A DNA stretch of 48,490 nucleotides from Candidatus Eiseniibacteriota bacterium (GCA_031366795.1 JANLOX010000031.1:1-48490); one strand, 5' to 3'; counted from the first letter of the stretch, positions 26,630-35,938 are shown. Notes: generated from the letters alone by a model not told the origin. Numbers and translations are program-made.

Positions 26630-28004
26630 CGACGAGCGATCCCTCCGTTTCACCATCGGCGAGTGGGCGCGCGACATGGGCTTCACGCCGTTCGAAGCCG
26701 CGAGCGGGAGCGAGGCGCTCGAGCGGCTGCGCGAGCAGTCGATCGACGTGGCGCTGCTCGACCTGCGGCTGACGAATGAAGACGGCATGGATGTGCTCAA
26801 GAAGCTGCGCGAGGAGGACAACAGCCTGCCGGTGATCGTGCTGACGGGCCACGGCTCCGTCGAGCACGCGGTGCAGGCGACCAAGCTCGGCGCCTACGAC
26901 TTCATGCAGAAGCCGCCGGATCTCGATCACCTCGGCGTGGTCGTCAAGCGCGCCATCGAGCACGCCAAGCTGCAGCGCGAGGTGCAGCACCTGCGCCAGG
27001 GTTCGTTGGGCGAAGTGTCGCTGATCGGCGAGAGCCCTGCCCTGCGGCGCGTGCTGCAGAAGCTGGACAGGGCGGGCAAGAGCGGCACGGTGACCGTGTT
27101 GATCTCGGGTGAGACCGGTTCGGGCAAGGAACTGATGGCGCGCTACCTTCACGCCCACAGCAGCCGCGACGGCGGACCCTTCATCGAACTGAACTGCAGC
27201 GCCATCCCCGAGCAGTTGCTCGAGAGCGAACTGTACGGCCACGAGCGCGGTGCCTTCACTGATGCCAAGCGGTTCCGCAAGGGACTGTTTGAGATGGCCG
27301 ACGGCGGTACGCTGTTCCTCGACGAGATCGGGGAGATGGCGCCCGCCCTGCAGGCCAAGCTGCTGCGCGTGCTGGAGACGCGCACCTTCCGCCGCGTGGG
27401 CGGTAGCGTCGACATCACCGTTGATGTCCGTGTCGTCGCGGCGACGCACCGCGACTTGAAGCGCGCGGTCGCGGAGGGCAAGTTCCGCGAGGACCTGTTC
27501 TTCCGCCTCAACGTGGTGCCGATCGAGCTGCCCGCGCTGCGCGAGCGGCCCGAGGACTTCTCGCTGCTGGCGGAGCACTTCATCGCGCGATTCTGCCGCG
27601 AACTGGGCCGGCCCCCGGCGCGGCTCGACGCCGGGGCACTCGAGGCCATGCACGGCTATCCCTGGCCAGGCAACGTGCGCGAGTTGCGCAACGTGATGGA
27701 GCGCGTGGTGCTGCTCGAGGCCGAGGACGTGATCCTCGCCGAGCACCTGCCCGCCGAGATCGTGCACCCCGAAGCACGCCTGAGCGGCGGCGCCGTGATG
27801 ACCAAGGCCCCGGAAACCTTCCCCGTGGGCGTGGTGCGGCCGCTGACCGAGATCGAGAAGCTGGCGATCGAGCACGCCCTGCGTGTCTGCGGCGGTAACA
27901 AGACGCGCGCCGCGCAGGCGCTGGGTATCTCGCGCCAGACGCTGCGCACGAAGCTGAAGGAATACGCGCTGGGGGACGATTCACCCGACGACGGAACCGA
28001 CTAG
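26571..28004 (+). CDS. Sigma54-dependent response regulator (REC-AAA+-Fis HTH; NtrC/FlrC-like)
   Basis: [56 protein letters not shown]. Confidence 0.95.
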   Translation: MAKGESSTRTQTPHTLLVVDDERSLRFTIGEWARDMGFTPFEAASGSEALERLREQSIDVALLDLRLTNEDGMDVLKKLREEDNSLPVIVLTGHGSVEHAVQATKLGAYDFMQKPPDLDHLGVVVKRAIEHAKLQREVQHLRQGSLGEVSLIGESPALRRVLQKLDRAGKSGTVTVLISGETGSGKELMARYLHAHSSRDGGPFIELNCSAIPEQLLESELYGHERGAFTDAKRFRKGLFEMADGGTLFLDEIGEMAPALQAKLLRVLETRTFRRVGGSVDITVDVRVVAATHRDLKRAVAEGKFREDLFFRLNVVPIELPALRERPEDFSLLAEHFIARFCRELGRPPARLDAGALEAMHGYPWPGNVRELRNVMERVVLLEAEDVILAEHLPAEIVHPEARLSGGAVMTKAPETFPVGVVRPLTEIEKLAIEHALRVCGGNKTRAAQALGISRQTLRTKLKEYALGDDSPDDGTD

Positions 28005-28159
28005 GCCGGGCGACGGCCCCGGCCATATTTCGCTCAAGTGCTGGCTCAACCCGGTTCGGCGTTGAGCGGGCGGAATGCATCCTTGGTTCTGCGGTGTGCA
28101 TGTTCCTGCACGGTCGGGCGGGGGTGATGGGCGCGATCGATCACGCTCCGCGCGCGGCG

Positions 28160-28193
28160 TGACACCCCGCTAACTGTCATTTTCGAAATAACA
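28160..28193 (+). promoter_or_regulatory. Candidate upstream activator sequences for the sigma54 promoter
   Basis: Overlapping palindromes TGACA-N10-TGTCA (28160-28179) and TGTCATTTTCGAAATAACA (28175-28193); AT-rich; about 90-120 bp upstream of the -24 element. Confidence 0.5.
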
Positions 28194-28280
28194 TACCCCG
28201 GAGCGCCCCACGCGCTTCAGGGGTTGCAGGCGCCCCCTGTCCACCCTCGGGACGCCGTTTGGGCCGTCCCTCGTCGTGCA

Positions 28281-28296
28281 TGGCACGCGGACTGCA
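28281..28296 (+). promoter_or_regulatory. Sigma54 (-24/-12) promoter of the REC...flhG-fliA operon
   Basis: TGGCAC-GCGGA-CTGCA, GG-N10-GC spacing, 45 nt before ATG 28341, directly downstream of a sigma54 activator gene. Confidence 0.75.
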
Positions 28297-28340
28297 ACTC
28301 GTACCCGCGCCACGCACCATTCACGAGGGGATCCGCCCAC

Positions 28341-28742
28341 ATGCCGCACATCCTGATTGTCGAAGACGAGCCGACCATGTCCTGGGCCCTCGCCGAGGGG
28401 CTGTCCGAGGACGGATTCACGATTGACACGTTCCGCTCCGCCGAGGACGCGTGGACGTGGTTGCAGCATGGCCATAGCGACCTCGTGATCTCTGACCTGC
28501 AGTTGCCCGGCATGAGCGGCATCGACCTGGCGAAGCGCCTGCAGAAGGGACCGCACGCCCAGCCGGTGATCATAGTGACCGCGTACGGGACGCCGCAGGT
28601 GCTGTCCGAAATGCGCCGTGTGGGTGTCGCCGAGTGTTTCCCCAAGCCGTTCCCGCTCGAGATGCTGCGCCGCTCCGTGCGACGCGCCATCGAGCAGACG
28701 CCGGTCCGCCGCAAGAAGGTGGCGAACGGAGGTGACGCGTGA
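28341..28742 (+). CDS. Single-domain response regulator (REC)
   Basis: ILIVEDE, VISDLQLPGMSG, IIVTAYG, KPF. Confidence 0.9.
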   Translation: MPHILIVEDEPTMSWALAEGLSEDGFTIDTFRSAEDAWTWLQHGHSDLVISDLQLPGMSGIDLAKRLQKGPHAQPVIIVTAYGTPQVLSEMRRVGVAECFPKPFPLEMLRRSVRRAIEQTPVRRKKVANGGDA

Positions 28743-29050
28743 GCACGCGTTCCGCTCGCAAGCCGGCGACCAGCGCAAAGACGTCCCGCCGCAGCGGCAG
28801 CACTCCGCGCCGTGCGAGCCGACCTAGTTTGATGAGCTCACGCGATTGCACGGTGCTGGCGCTGGTGCTCGTCGAGCGCCTGTCGCTCACCGAAGCGGCC
28901 GAGGCGCTCGATGTGCCGGTAACGCAGTTGCGCCGCGACTACGAATCAGCACTCGTGCGTGTGCGCCGTTCAATCGCTCCATTGCTGGCTCGCGCCGACC
29001 TGGCGCGGGCGTTGTCGCGTCCGGCTCCGGCGTGGCGGAAGGCGTCATGA
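28739..29050 (+). CDS. Small protein with stand-alone sigma70 region-4-like HTH
   Basis: MSSRDCTVLALVLVERLSLTEAAEALDVPVTQLRRDYESALVRVR aligns by eye with FliA region 4; GTGA/ATGA overlaps on both sides; SD GGAGGT. Confidence 0.65.
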   Translation: MSTRSARKPATSAKTSRRSGSTPRRASRPSLMSSRDCTVLALVLVERLSLTEAAEALDVPVTQLRRDYESALVRVRRSIAPLLARADLARALSRPAPAWRKAS

Positions 29051-29304
29051 TGCCGCTCGCCCAGTTGCCGCCGGCCGCAGACCCGCGCCGCCCGATGCCT
29101 GCGCATGCGGGCGCGCGGGTGGACGCAATCGAGACCGCCCTGCGTGTGCTGGCGGAAGAAGATCACCGTCTTGGCCGCATGGGGCTCAATGGCGCGCGCG
29201 CGCGCTGCAGTTATGCGCGCCGCTACTGGGGATTCGTCGGGGCGCTGGTCCAGCTGGCCGATACGCCGGCGAACCGCTTCCCGGGAAGCGGGTTCGGCCG
29301 GTGA
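29047..29304 (+). CDS. Hypothetical 85-aa protein
   Basis: ATGA overlap upstream and GTGA overlap with flhG; exactly fills the operon gap; predicted helical. Confidence 0.6.
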   Translation: MMPLAQLPPAADPRRPMPAHAGARVDAIETALRVLAEEDHRLGRMGLNGARARCSYARRYWGFVGALVQLADTPANRFPGSGFGR

Positions 29305-30203
29305 AACGCGCCAAGCCTGCTGCTGCCAAGGGCCGTCTGCGGGTGGTCCCCGCGGGGGAGAGCACGCCCAGCGGAGAACTCATCGACCACCCCTCCAAGT
29401 GGAGCCGCCCGCACGTTCGCACGCTGGTCGTCGCGAGCGGCAAGGGCGGCGTCGGCAAGAGCAACTTCGCGGCGAATCTTGCCGTCTCGCTCGGCGAGCT
29501 CGGCGCGCGCGTGCTGCTGGTGGATGCCGACTTCGCGCAGGCCAATCTCGACCTGCTGCTCGGCCTGCATCCGCGCTACGACGTGCAGCACCTGCTCAAT
29601 GGCGAGAAGTCGCCGGAGGAAATCGTCGTCAACGGTCCGCGCAACGTGCGCCTGGTACCGGCCGCCTCGGGTGCGCCGGAACTGGCGGACCTCGATGACC
29701 TGCGCCGCGAGATCGTGGTGCGCGCCATCAGCCAGCTCGAGGCCGACGCGGATCTCGTGATCATCGATGCTTCGTCCGGCGTGGGCCGCTCAGTCACCTC
29801 GCTGTGCCTGTCGGCCGACGACGTGGTGATCGTGACGACGCCTGAGATGACGGCGTTCTCCGATGCCTACAGCCTGATCAAGTTGCTCCAGCAGCAGGGA
29901 GTGCAACGCGCGCCGCACCTGTTGATCAACATGGCCGGCACGCCTGAAGAAGCCGAAGAGACCGCGCATCGCATCCGTCTGGTGGCGCGGCGCTTCCTGC
30001 GGCTTGAAGTCGACTCGTGGGGCACCGTGCCGTTCGATCCGTCGATCGGACGCGCAGTACGCCGCCAGGAGCCGGTCGTTTCCGCATTCCCGCACTCGCC
30101 CGCATCGCTCGCCTACCGGGCGCTCGCGGCGCGGCTGTGGGAGCGCACGCAGCCCGAACCTACCCCTGAATTCGAATCCGCCCCGGAACGTCTCGAAGCC
30201 TAA
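29301..30203 (+). CDS. flhG: MinD/ParA-family ATPase FlhG/FleN
   Basis: SGKGGVGKSN deviant Walker A, DADFAQANLDLLLG, VTTPEMTAFSDAYSLIK, AVRRQEP; directly upstream of fliA. Confidence 0.9.
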   Translation: MKRAKPAAAKGRLRVVPAGESTPSGELIDHPSKWSRPHVRTLVVASGKGGVGKSNFAANLAVSLGELGARVLLVDADFAQANLDLLLGLHPRYDVQHLLNGEKSPEEIVVNGPRNVRLVPAASGAPELADLDDLRREIVVRAISQLEADADLVIIDASSGVGRSVTSLCLSADDVVIVTTPEMTAFSDAYSLIKLLQQQGVQRAPHLLINMAGTPEEAEETAHRIRLVARRFLRLEVDSWGTVPFDPSIGRAVRRQEPVVSAFPHSPASLAYRALAARLWERTQPEPTPEFESAPERLEA

Positions 30204-30215
30204 CGAGGGAACCCC

Positions 30216-31043
30216 ATGCCGCGCACCGCCCTTGCCACCACGAAAAGGTCAGTTTCGGTTCGAGTCACGCGTCGCGCCCCGGCCCGTCCGACGCTCGCCG
30301 CCGTGCCCCGCACCTATACGAAGGACGAGTTGCTGACGCGATTCGCCCCGCTGGTACGCCACGTTGTCGAGCGCGTCGCGGCCACGTTGCCGAAGAACGT
30401 CGACCACGAGGACCTGTACTCCGCGGGAGTGCTCGGCCTGCTCGATGCGCACGCCAAGTTCGATCCGCGCAAGGGCGTGAAGTTCGAGACCTACGCCGTG
30501 TGGCGTATCAAGGGCGCCGTTCTCGACCAGTTGCGTGCGCTCGACTGGGTGTCGCGTTCGCTGCGTCGCAAGGCCCGCAATCTCGACGGCGTGACGCGCA
30601 AGCTCGACCAGAAGCTCGGCCGCGCCGCCACCGAGGAAGAAGTCGCGCGTGAGATGAACCTGTCGCGCGGCGACTACTACCGCTTGCTCGACCACGTTCG
30701 TGGCGCCGTGCTGGTGTCGCTCGACGAGAGCCGCGCCGGTGAGGACCAGGAGCCTTCGACGCTCGCCGACCATCTGGCCGACCCTAACGCGCCGGACATC
30801 GAAGCGCGGCTCGAAGCCCGCCAGTCGCGCGTGATGATGCTGCAGACGCTCGACCAGTTGCCCGAGCAGGAGCGCCTCGTCGTGTCGCTATACTACTACG
30901 AACACCTGACGCTGTGCGAAATTGGCCGCGCGCTTGGAATCTCCGAATCACGCGTCTCGCAGGTTCACAGCCGCGCGATGTCGCGCCTGCGCCTGCGGGT
31001 GCGCAAGGCGATGTCCGGCGAACGCGAGCGGCAGACGTCGTGA
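30216..31043 (+). CDS. fliA: RNA polymerase sigma28 factor FliA/WhiG
   Basis: KFDPRKGVKFETYAVWRIKGAVLDQLRALDW, LYYYEHLTLCEIGRALGISESRVSQVH. Confidence 0.95.
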   Translation: MPRTALATTKRSVSVRVTRRAPARPTLAAVPRTYTKDELLTRFAPLVRHVVERVAATLPKNVDHEDLYSAGVLGLLDAHAKFDPRKGVKFETYAVWRIKGAVLDQLRALDWVSRSLRRKARNLDGVTRKLDQKLGRAATEEEVAREMNLSRGDYYRLLDHVRGAVLVSLDESRAGEDQEPSTLADHLADPNAPDIEARLEARQSRVMMLQTLDQLPEQERLVVSLYYYEHLTLCEIGRALGISESRVSQVHSRAMSRLRLRVRKAMSGERERQTS

Positions 31044-32026
31044 GCCGCCTCACGCCAATCGCAGGGACCCACGGCCGCCGCTCGGACCGCGCGAGCGAGT
31101 TACGCGCGGCCGCGACCGCAGACGTGCGCCCGATCGATGGGCCCGTCGAACGCCGTCGCGCATCCCGCTCCCTGTGGGCGGCGTGTGAAGCATTGTTGTC
31201 CGCGGCCGATCCTCACGCCCTGACGCGCTCGCTCGATCAATTGAGCGAAGCGTTCGAGTGTGATGGCGTCGCCCTCTACGCAGTGGGCGCTTCCGGCGCC
31301 CTCGAGCCGTGGTGCGCGCGCGGCGATTGGCGCCCGACGCCGGGCGACCTGCGCGATTGCATGAGCATCCCCCTGTTCCGCAACGAGCAGCGCGTGGGCA
31401 CCTTGGACCTGCAGGCGCGCAAGGGGCAGCGCTGGTTGGCTCCGCAGATGACCTTGATCCGCACCGCCGCAGGCGCCCTGGGGGCAGCCCTCGGTGCGCG
31501 GATCGAACTTGAACTGCTCCGCCGCCAGCCGGGCCGCGATCCCGTCACCGGGCTCCCGGATGCTTCCACGTTTCATGCGAGGGTGGGCGAGGAGATGTCA
31601 CGGGCGCGCCGACACGGCCTGCCGGTCGCCGTTGCCGTCATCAATCTCGATCACTTTGGCGCCTTGAACGCGCGCTACGGCCGCGAAGCCGGTGACGCCG
31701 CACTCGCCGAAGTCGCGCTGATGCTGCGGCTCCTGCTGCGCGAGACGGACATCGTCGCGCGGCTGGGCGGCGACACGTTCGGCCTGTTGCTGCCCGAGAC
31801 CGATGCGGGTCCGGCCCTGCGTTGCGCGCAGCGCGTGACACGGGCCATCGAGGAACACTCCTTCGCGCGCGTCGGGCGCATGACGGCGTCGGCGGGTGTC
31901 GCGTCGGGACCGATCGATGGCGTCGATTCGCTGGAATTGCTCGATCACGCCGACCGTTCGCTCGGGCTCGCCAAGAAATCCGGCCGTCGCCGCGCCGTGG
32001 CATCCGCGCGGCCCAACGTGAACTGA
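31040..32026 (+). CDS. GAF-like + degenerate GGDEF domain protein
   Basis: DPVTGL, NLDHFGALNARYG, RETD I-site, ARLGGDTF; GTGA overlap with fliA. Confidence 0.85.
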   Translation: MSRLTPIAGTHGRRSDRASELRAAATADVRPIDGPVERRRASRSLWAACEALLSAADPHALTRSLDQLSEAFECDGVALYAVGASGALEPWCARGDWRPTPGDLRDCMSIPLFRNEQRVGTLDLQARKGQRWLAPQMTLIRTAAGALGAALGARIELELLRRQPGRDPVTGLPDASTFHARVGEEMSRARRHGLPVAVAVINLDHFGALNARYGREAGDAALAEVALMLRLLLRETDIVARLGGDTFGLLLPETDAGPALRCAQRVTRAIEEHSFARVGRMTASAGVASGPIDGVDSLELLDHADRSLGLAKKSGRRRAVASARPNVN

Positions 32027-32103
32027 TTGGCAGGCAAACGATGGTGAAGACTTCTGCGGATGAAGCCGTTCGGCACCCGCAGGCCAGTGTTTCGGGCGGG
32101 ACC

Positions 32104-33858
32104 ATGCCCGGAATGGCTGCAGCACCAGACCTCGCCGAGGGGGCCGGTTCGTCGAGCGGGGAAGAGTGGCGCATCCTGCCGCGCATCCTCGTGGTGGATG
32201 ACGAGCCCACGGTCGTCGATGTGTTCAATGAGTTCCTCGCGGCCCAGGGCTACGAAGTCACCGTCGTCTCGAATGGCGAGGACGCGGTGCGGATGATTCC
32301 CTCGCTGCGTCCGGACATCATCCTCACCGACATCAACCTGCCCGGGCTGTCGGGGCTCGAAGTGATGCGGCACGCCCGCGCCCACGATCCCGAAGTCGCC
32401 GTCATCGTGGTGACCGGTTACGCTTCGGCGGCCACCGCCATCGACGCGTTGCGCCAGGGCGCCTACGACTATGTGACCAAGCCGTTCGACCTCGACGAAG
32501 TGCACCAGATCGTCGAGCGCGGTATCGCCAACCGGCGGCTGAAGGCGATCAATCGCCAGTTGGTCGAGGAGTTGCGCGAGAAGAACGCCATCCTCGAACG
32601 CCACGAACTGGAATTGCGGGAGCGCGTCCAGTTGGCGACGCGGCAGATGACCACGCTGTACGAAGTCGGCAAGGAGATCGCCGCCAACCTCGAACTCGAG
32701 CCGCGGCTGAACCTCATCGCTTCACGCTCCGCCGAACAGACCGGCGCGCCGGCGGCGGTGGTGTACCTCAAGCAGACCGAATTGGAAGCGTTCACGCCCG
32801 TCGCCGTACACGGCTTCGAGTGGAGCGTGCGCGAGGTGAATGCCGGCAACGTCATCCCACACGGCGATGTGCTGGCGCCGGTGGCGTACGAGCGACAGTT
32901 GGTGCGCCTGGCGCCGGCGGAAGACGCCGACGCGATCGACGTGCCCGGGCTACCGGGTGTGCGCTGCCGCACCATGATTGCCATGCCGCTCGCCGCCGAC
33001 GGGGAAACCATCGGCGTGCTCGCCGTGTGCGACAAAGTCGACGGGTTCAGCGTGGAGGACGAGAGCTTCCTGGCGCTGTTCGCCTCGCAGGCCGCGTTCG
33101 CCATTCGTAACTCGCAGCTGTACGAACATACCAAGAGCCTGGATCGACTCAAGTCGGAATTCGTCGCCGTCGTCTCGCACGAGATTCGCACGCCACTGAC
33201 CTCGGTCAAGGGCGCGGTCGAATTGCTGTCGGACTCCGCCTACTTCAAGAATTCCGATCAGCAGGCCAAGCTGCTGTCGATCGCCCACGCGAACAGCGAC
33301 CGCTTGCTGGTGCTCATCAACGACATCCTCGACTTCTCGAAGCTCGAGTCGTCGTCGCTGCCGATGAACCTCGAGCGCCAGCAGCTCGAGCCGGTCGTGG
33401 AACACGCGGTGCACGACCTGCGCACCGTGTTCGAGGAGCATGGCCTCGAGCTGACCATGGAGGTGCCGTCCGACCTGCCCGACCTGCACATCGACGCGGC
33501 GCGCGTCACCCAGGTCGTCACCAACCTGCTGTCCAACGCCATCAAGTTCTCCCCCAAGGGCGGCGCGATTCTCATCAGCGCGGCCGTGTGGGAAGGCGCC
33601 GTTCGCGTGTGTGTGCGCGATCACGGCGAAGGCATCGCGCCCCAGAACCTCCCCAAGCTGTTCCGCAAGTTCTCGCAGGTCGATTCCTCCGCGACCCGCC
33701 GCGCGGGTGGCGCGGGGCTCGGTCTGGTGATCTGCAAGGGCATCGTGGAACAGCACGGCGGACGCATCTGGGTCGAGAGCACTCTGGGCGAGGGCAGCAC
33801 CTTCCAGTTCACCCTGCCGTTAGAGGAACGCCCTGCGCCCGAGCTCGCCACGTCCTGA
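32104..33858 (+). CDS. Hybrid sensor kinase REC-coiled coil-GAF-HisKA-HATPase (start 32041, 32104 or 32113)
   Basis: ILVVDDE, DINLPG, KPF; SHEIRTPLT; NAIKF; GAGLGL; no TM segment. Confidence 0.93.
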   Translation: MPGMAAAPDLAEGAGSSSGEEWRILPRILVVDDEPTVVDVFNEFLAAQGYEVTVVSNGEDAVRMIPSLRPDIILTDINLPGLSGLEVMRHARAHDPEVAVIVVTGYASAATAIDALRQGAYDYVTKPFDLDEVHQIVERGIANRRLKAINRQLVEELREKNAILERHELELRERVQLATRQMTTLYEVGKEIAANLELEPRLNLIASRSAEQTGAPAAVVYLKQTELEAFTPVAVHGFEWSVREVNAGNVIPHGDVLAPVAYERQLVRLAPAEDADAIDVPGLPGVRCRTMIAMPLAADGETIGVLAVCDKVDGFSVEDESFLALFASQAAFAIRNSQLYEHTKSLDRLKSEFVAVVSHEIRTPLTSVKGAVELLSDSAYFKNSDQQAKLLSIAHANSDRLLVLINDILDFSKLESSSLPMNLERQQLEPVVEHAVHDLRTVFEEHGLELTMEVPSDLPDLHIDAARVTQVVTNLLSNAIKFSPKGGAILISAAVWEGAVRVCVRDHGEGIAPQNLPKLFRKFSQVDSSATRRAGGAGLGLVICKGIVEQHGGRIWVESTLGEGSTFQFTLPLEERPAPELATS

Positions 33859-33892
33859 GGGACGCGACGTGCCTGAGTGCTGCGACCCCACG

Positions 33893-34864
33893 ATGCCCGC
33901 TTCCTCGGTGCTGTTGGTCGAATGTCTCTCCGGGCTCGGCGCCCACGAAGCGGACGCGGCGTTGCGTGTCCGCGCGCTGCGCAAGGCCGGGCTCTCGGTG
34001 CACGTGATGCTCGTTGAAGGTACGACTGCCGGTGAGCGCGCCCAGGCGATTTCCGCTGCTGTGGCGCGTGCCGTGGCGGAACAGCCCGCCGTGGTGTGTG
34101 TCGTGTCGCCGAACGCCGAATGGCGCGCCTTCGACCGCGCGCTGCCCGCGTCGCTGCCGCGCCAATGGTGGCCCTCGCTGGTGCCGGGAAGCGGCGGTGA
34201 GCCCGAGCCGGGCGCCGCCACTGCCCCGGTCAGTGTGGCCTCGAGCACTTCATACCGCACCGTGGCGCTCGATTGCGCGCCGGTCCGGGTGGCGCGCGAG
34301 CGCGGACCCGTGGCGCTGTGGGATGGCGATTTCATCCTGTCGCCGGGACCGCTCAAGGGCGTCGAAGGCGAACGGTTGCTGCGCGCTTACGCCGAAGCGA
34401 TCGAGGAGCGGCCCGAGTTGGACCTCGTGATACTCGCCGACCCCGATCCCGTGATGCACGAATTCGCGCACTCGATCGGCATCGGCTGGCGCGTTCACAG
34501 CGCGGGGGAGTCGCCCCGGGAGGCCGAGCACACCTGGATCGCCACCGCCTCGGCGGTGCTGCTGCCCTTGAGCGAGCCGGCCACCGCGGGACTCGTGCTT
34601 CGCATCATGGCCGCGGGCGTTCCCATGATCCTCGACTCCTCGCTGCACGCGGCGCGATCACTGGCCGCGTGGCTGGGCGCCACGCATGCCGGCGTGGCGC
34701 TCCCCGAAGCCGCACTCGCGGCGGTGCTGAGGCGGGATCCGCGTGTGCGCGAAGCCAGCGCGCGGGCCCGGTTGCGCGCGGCCGGGCACGAGCCCGAGGC
34801 GCTGTGCGCGCGGCTGGTTTTGGCCACCGGCGGGGAAGCACGCCGGTCACGCGAGGCCGCGTGA
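33893..34864 (+). CDS. Divergent GT-B fold glycosyltransferase-like protein
   Basis: C-half (LLRAYAE..RPELDLVIL, RVHSAG, AVLLP, MAAGVPMI) resembles GT4 but lacks EX7E. Confidence 0.55.
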   Translation: MPASSVLLVECLSGLGAHEADAALRVRALRKAGLSVHVMLVEGTTAGERAQAISAAVARAVAEQPAVVCVVSPNAEWRAFDRALPASLPRQWWPSLVPGSGGEPEPGAATAPVSVASSTSYRTVALDCAPVRVARERGPVALWDGDFILSPGPLKGVEGERLLRAYAEAIEERPELDLVILADPDPVMHEFAHSIGIGWRVHSAGESPREAEHTWIATASAVLLPLSEPATAGLVLRIMAAGVPMILDSSLHAARSLAAWLGATHAGVALPEAALAAVLRRDPRVREASARARLRAAGHEPEALCARLVLATGGEARRSREAA

Positions 34865-34980
34865 GTCCCGCTGCCGCGCGGTGGCGGCGGGCGACGCCGA
34901 GGCACGGGGTGTTGCGGGGCCACCGCGTCTTTCACTAAGGTGCGGCGAAATCATTTGCGGTCCACAAGGAGGAGGTTCGC

Positions 34981-35910
34981 GTGCGTATTCTGGTGACGGG
35001 CGGAGCCGGGTTCATTGGCTCGAATGTGGTGGACGGGTTGCTTGCCCGCGGGCACGAGGTCGGGGTGTTCGACGACCTGTCCAGCGGCAAGCGCGAGTTC
35101 GTCGATCCGCGCGCGACGTTCTTTGAGGGAGACCTCGCCAGGCCCGCCGACGTCGAGCGCTGCATCGCGACGTTTAAACCCGAAGTCGTGGATCACCACG
35201 CGGCCCAGATCGATGTGCGCAAGTCCGTCACCGACCCGATCCACGATGCCAACACCAACGTGCTGGGGTCGATCGGGCTGTTGCAGAGCTGCTCCCGCCA
35301 CGGTGTGCGCAAGGTCGTCTACGCCTCGACCGGCGGCGCGCTCTATGGCGAGGGCCGCCAGTTGCCGGCGACCGAGGACCATCCGGTCAATCCCGAGGCG
35401 CCCTACGGCATCAGCAAGCACACGGTCGAGCACTATTTGTACCTGTGGAAGCTGCTGCACGGCCTCGATTACACGGTGCTGCGCTACCCGAATGTCTACG
35501 GGCCACGCCAGAACCCGCATGGCGAAGCAGGGGTGAACGCGATCTTCATCGGCATGATGCTGCACGGCCAGCGGCCGCACATCTTCGGCAGCGGCGAACA
35601 GGTGCGGGACTATGTGTTCGTGGGCGACATCGTCGCCGCGAACCTGCTGGCGCTCGAGCGTGGCTCGGGCCAGCTGCTGAACATCGGCAATGGCGTGGGC
35701 GTCTCCGTGCTCGATATCGTCCGCACCATCAACGAGGTGCTGGGCACGACGATCGAGCCGATCTTCGAAGCCGCGCGAGCGGGCGAGATCCAGCGCATCT
35801 ACCTCGATGCCTCGCGCGCGAAAGCCGAACTCGGCTGGACGCCGACGGTGTCATTCCGCGACGGGCTGACGCGAACGATCGAGTGGCATCGCGCTCACGC
35901 CCCAGCCTGA
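34981..35910 (+). CDS. NAD-dependent epimerase/dehydratase (UDP-glucose 4-epimerase-like)
   Basis: GGAGFIGS, ASTGGALYG, YGISK, LRYPNVYGPRQ, RDYVFV; SD AGGAGG. Confidence 0.93.
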   Translation: MRILVTGGAGFIGSNVVDGLLARGHEVGVFDDLSSGKREFVDPRATFFEGDLARPADVERCIATFKPEVVDHHAAQIDVRKSVTDPIHDANTNVLGSIGLLQSCSRHGVRKVVYASTGGALYGEGRQLPATEDHPVNPEAPYGISKHTVEHYLYLWKLLHGLDYTVLRYPNVYGPRQNPHGEAGVNAIFIGMMLHGQRPHIFGSGEQVRDYVFVGDIVAANLLALERGSGQLLNIGNGVGVSVLDIVRTINEVLGTTIEPIFEAARAGEIQRIYLDASRAKAELGWTPTVSFRDGLTRTIEWHRAHAPA

Positions 35911-35938
35911 GCAGCGTCCCAGAGTTCCCAGACGCTGT

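Noticed and set aside
29257..29264. GCCGATAC sigma28 -10 box upstream of flhG
   Set aside because: No TAAA/TCAA -35 element at the required spacing
29047..29304. SYARR resemblance to the RsiG c-di-GMP motif ExxxSxxRxxxQxxxD
   Set aside because: The E, Q and D positions do not match, and this FliA has RHVVER rather than the WhiG-type KxxxGR
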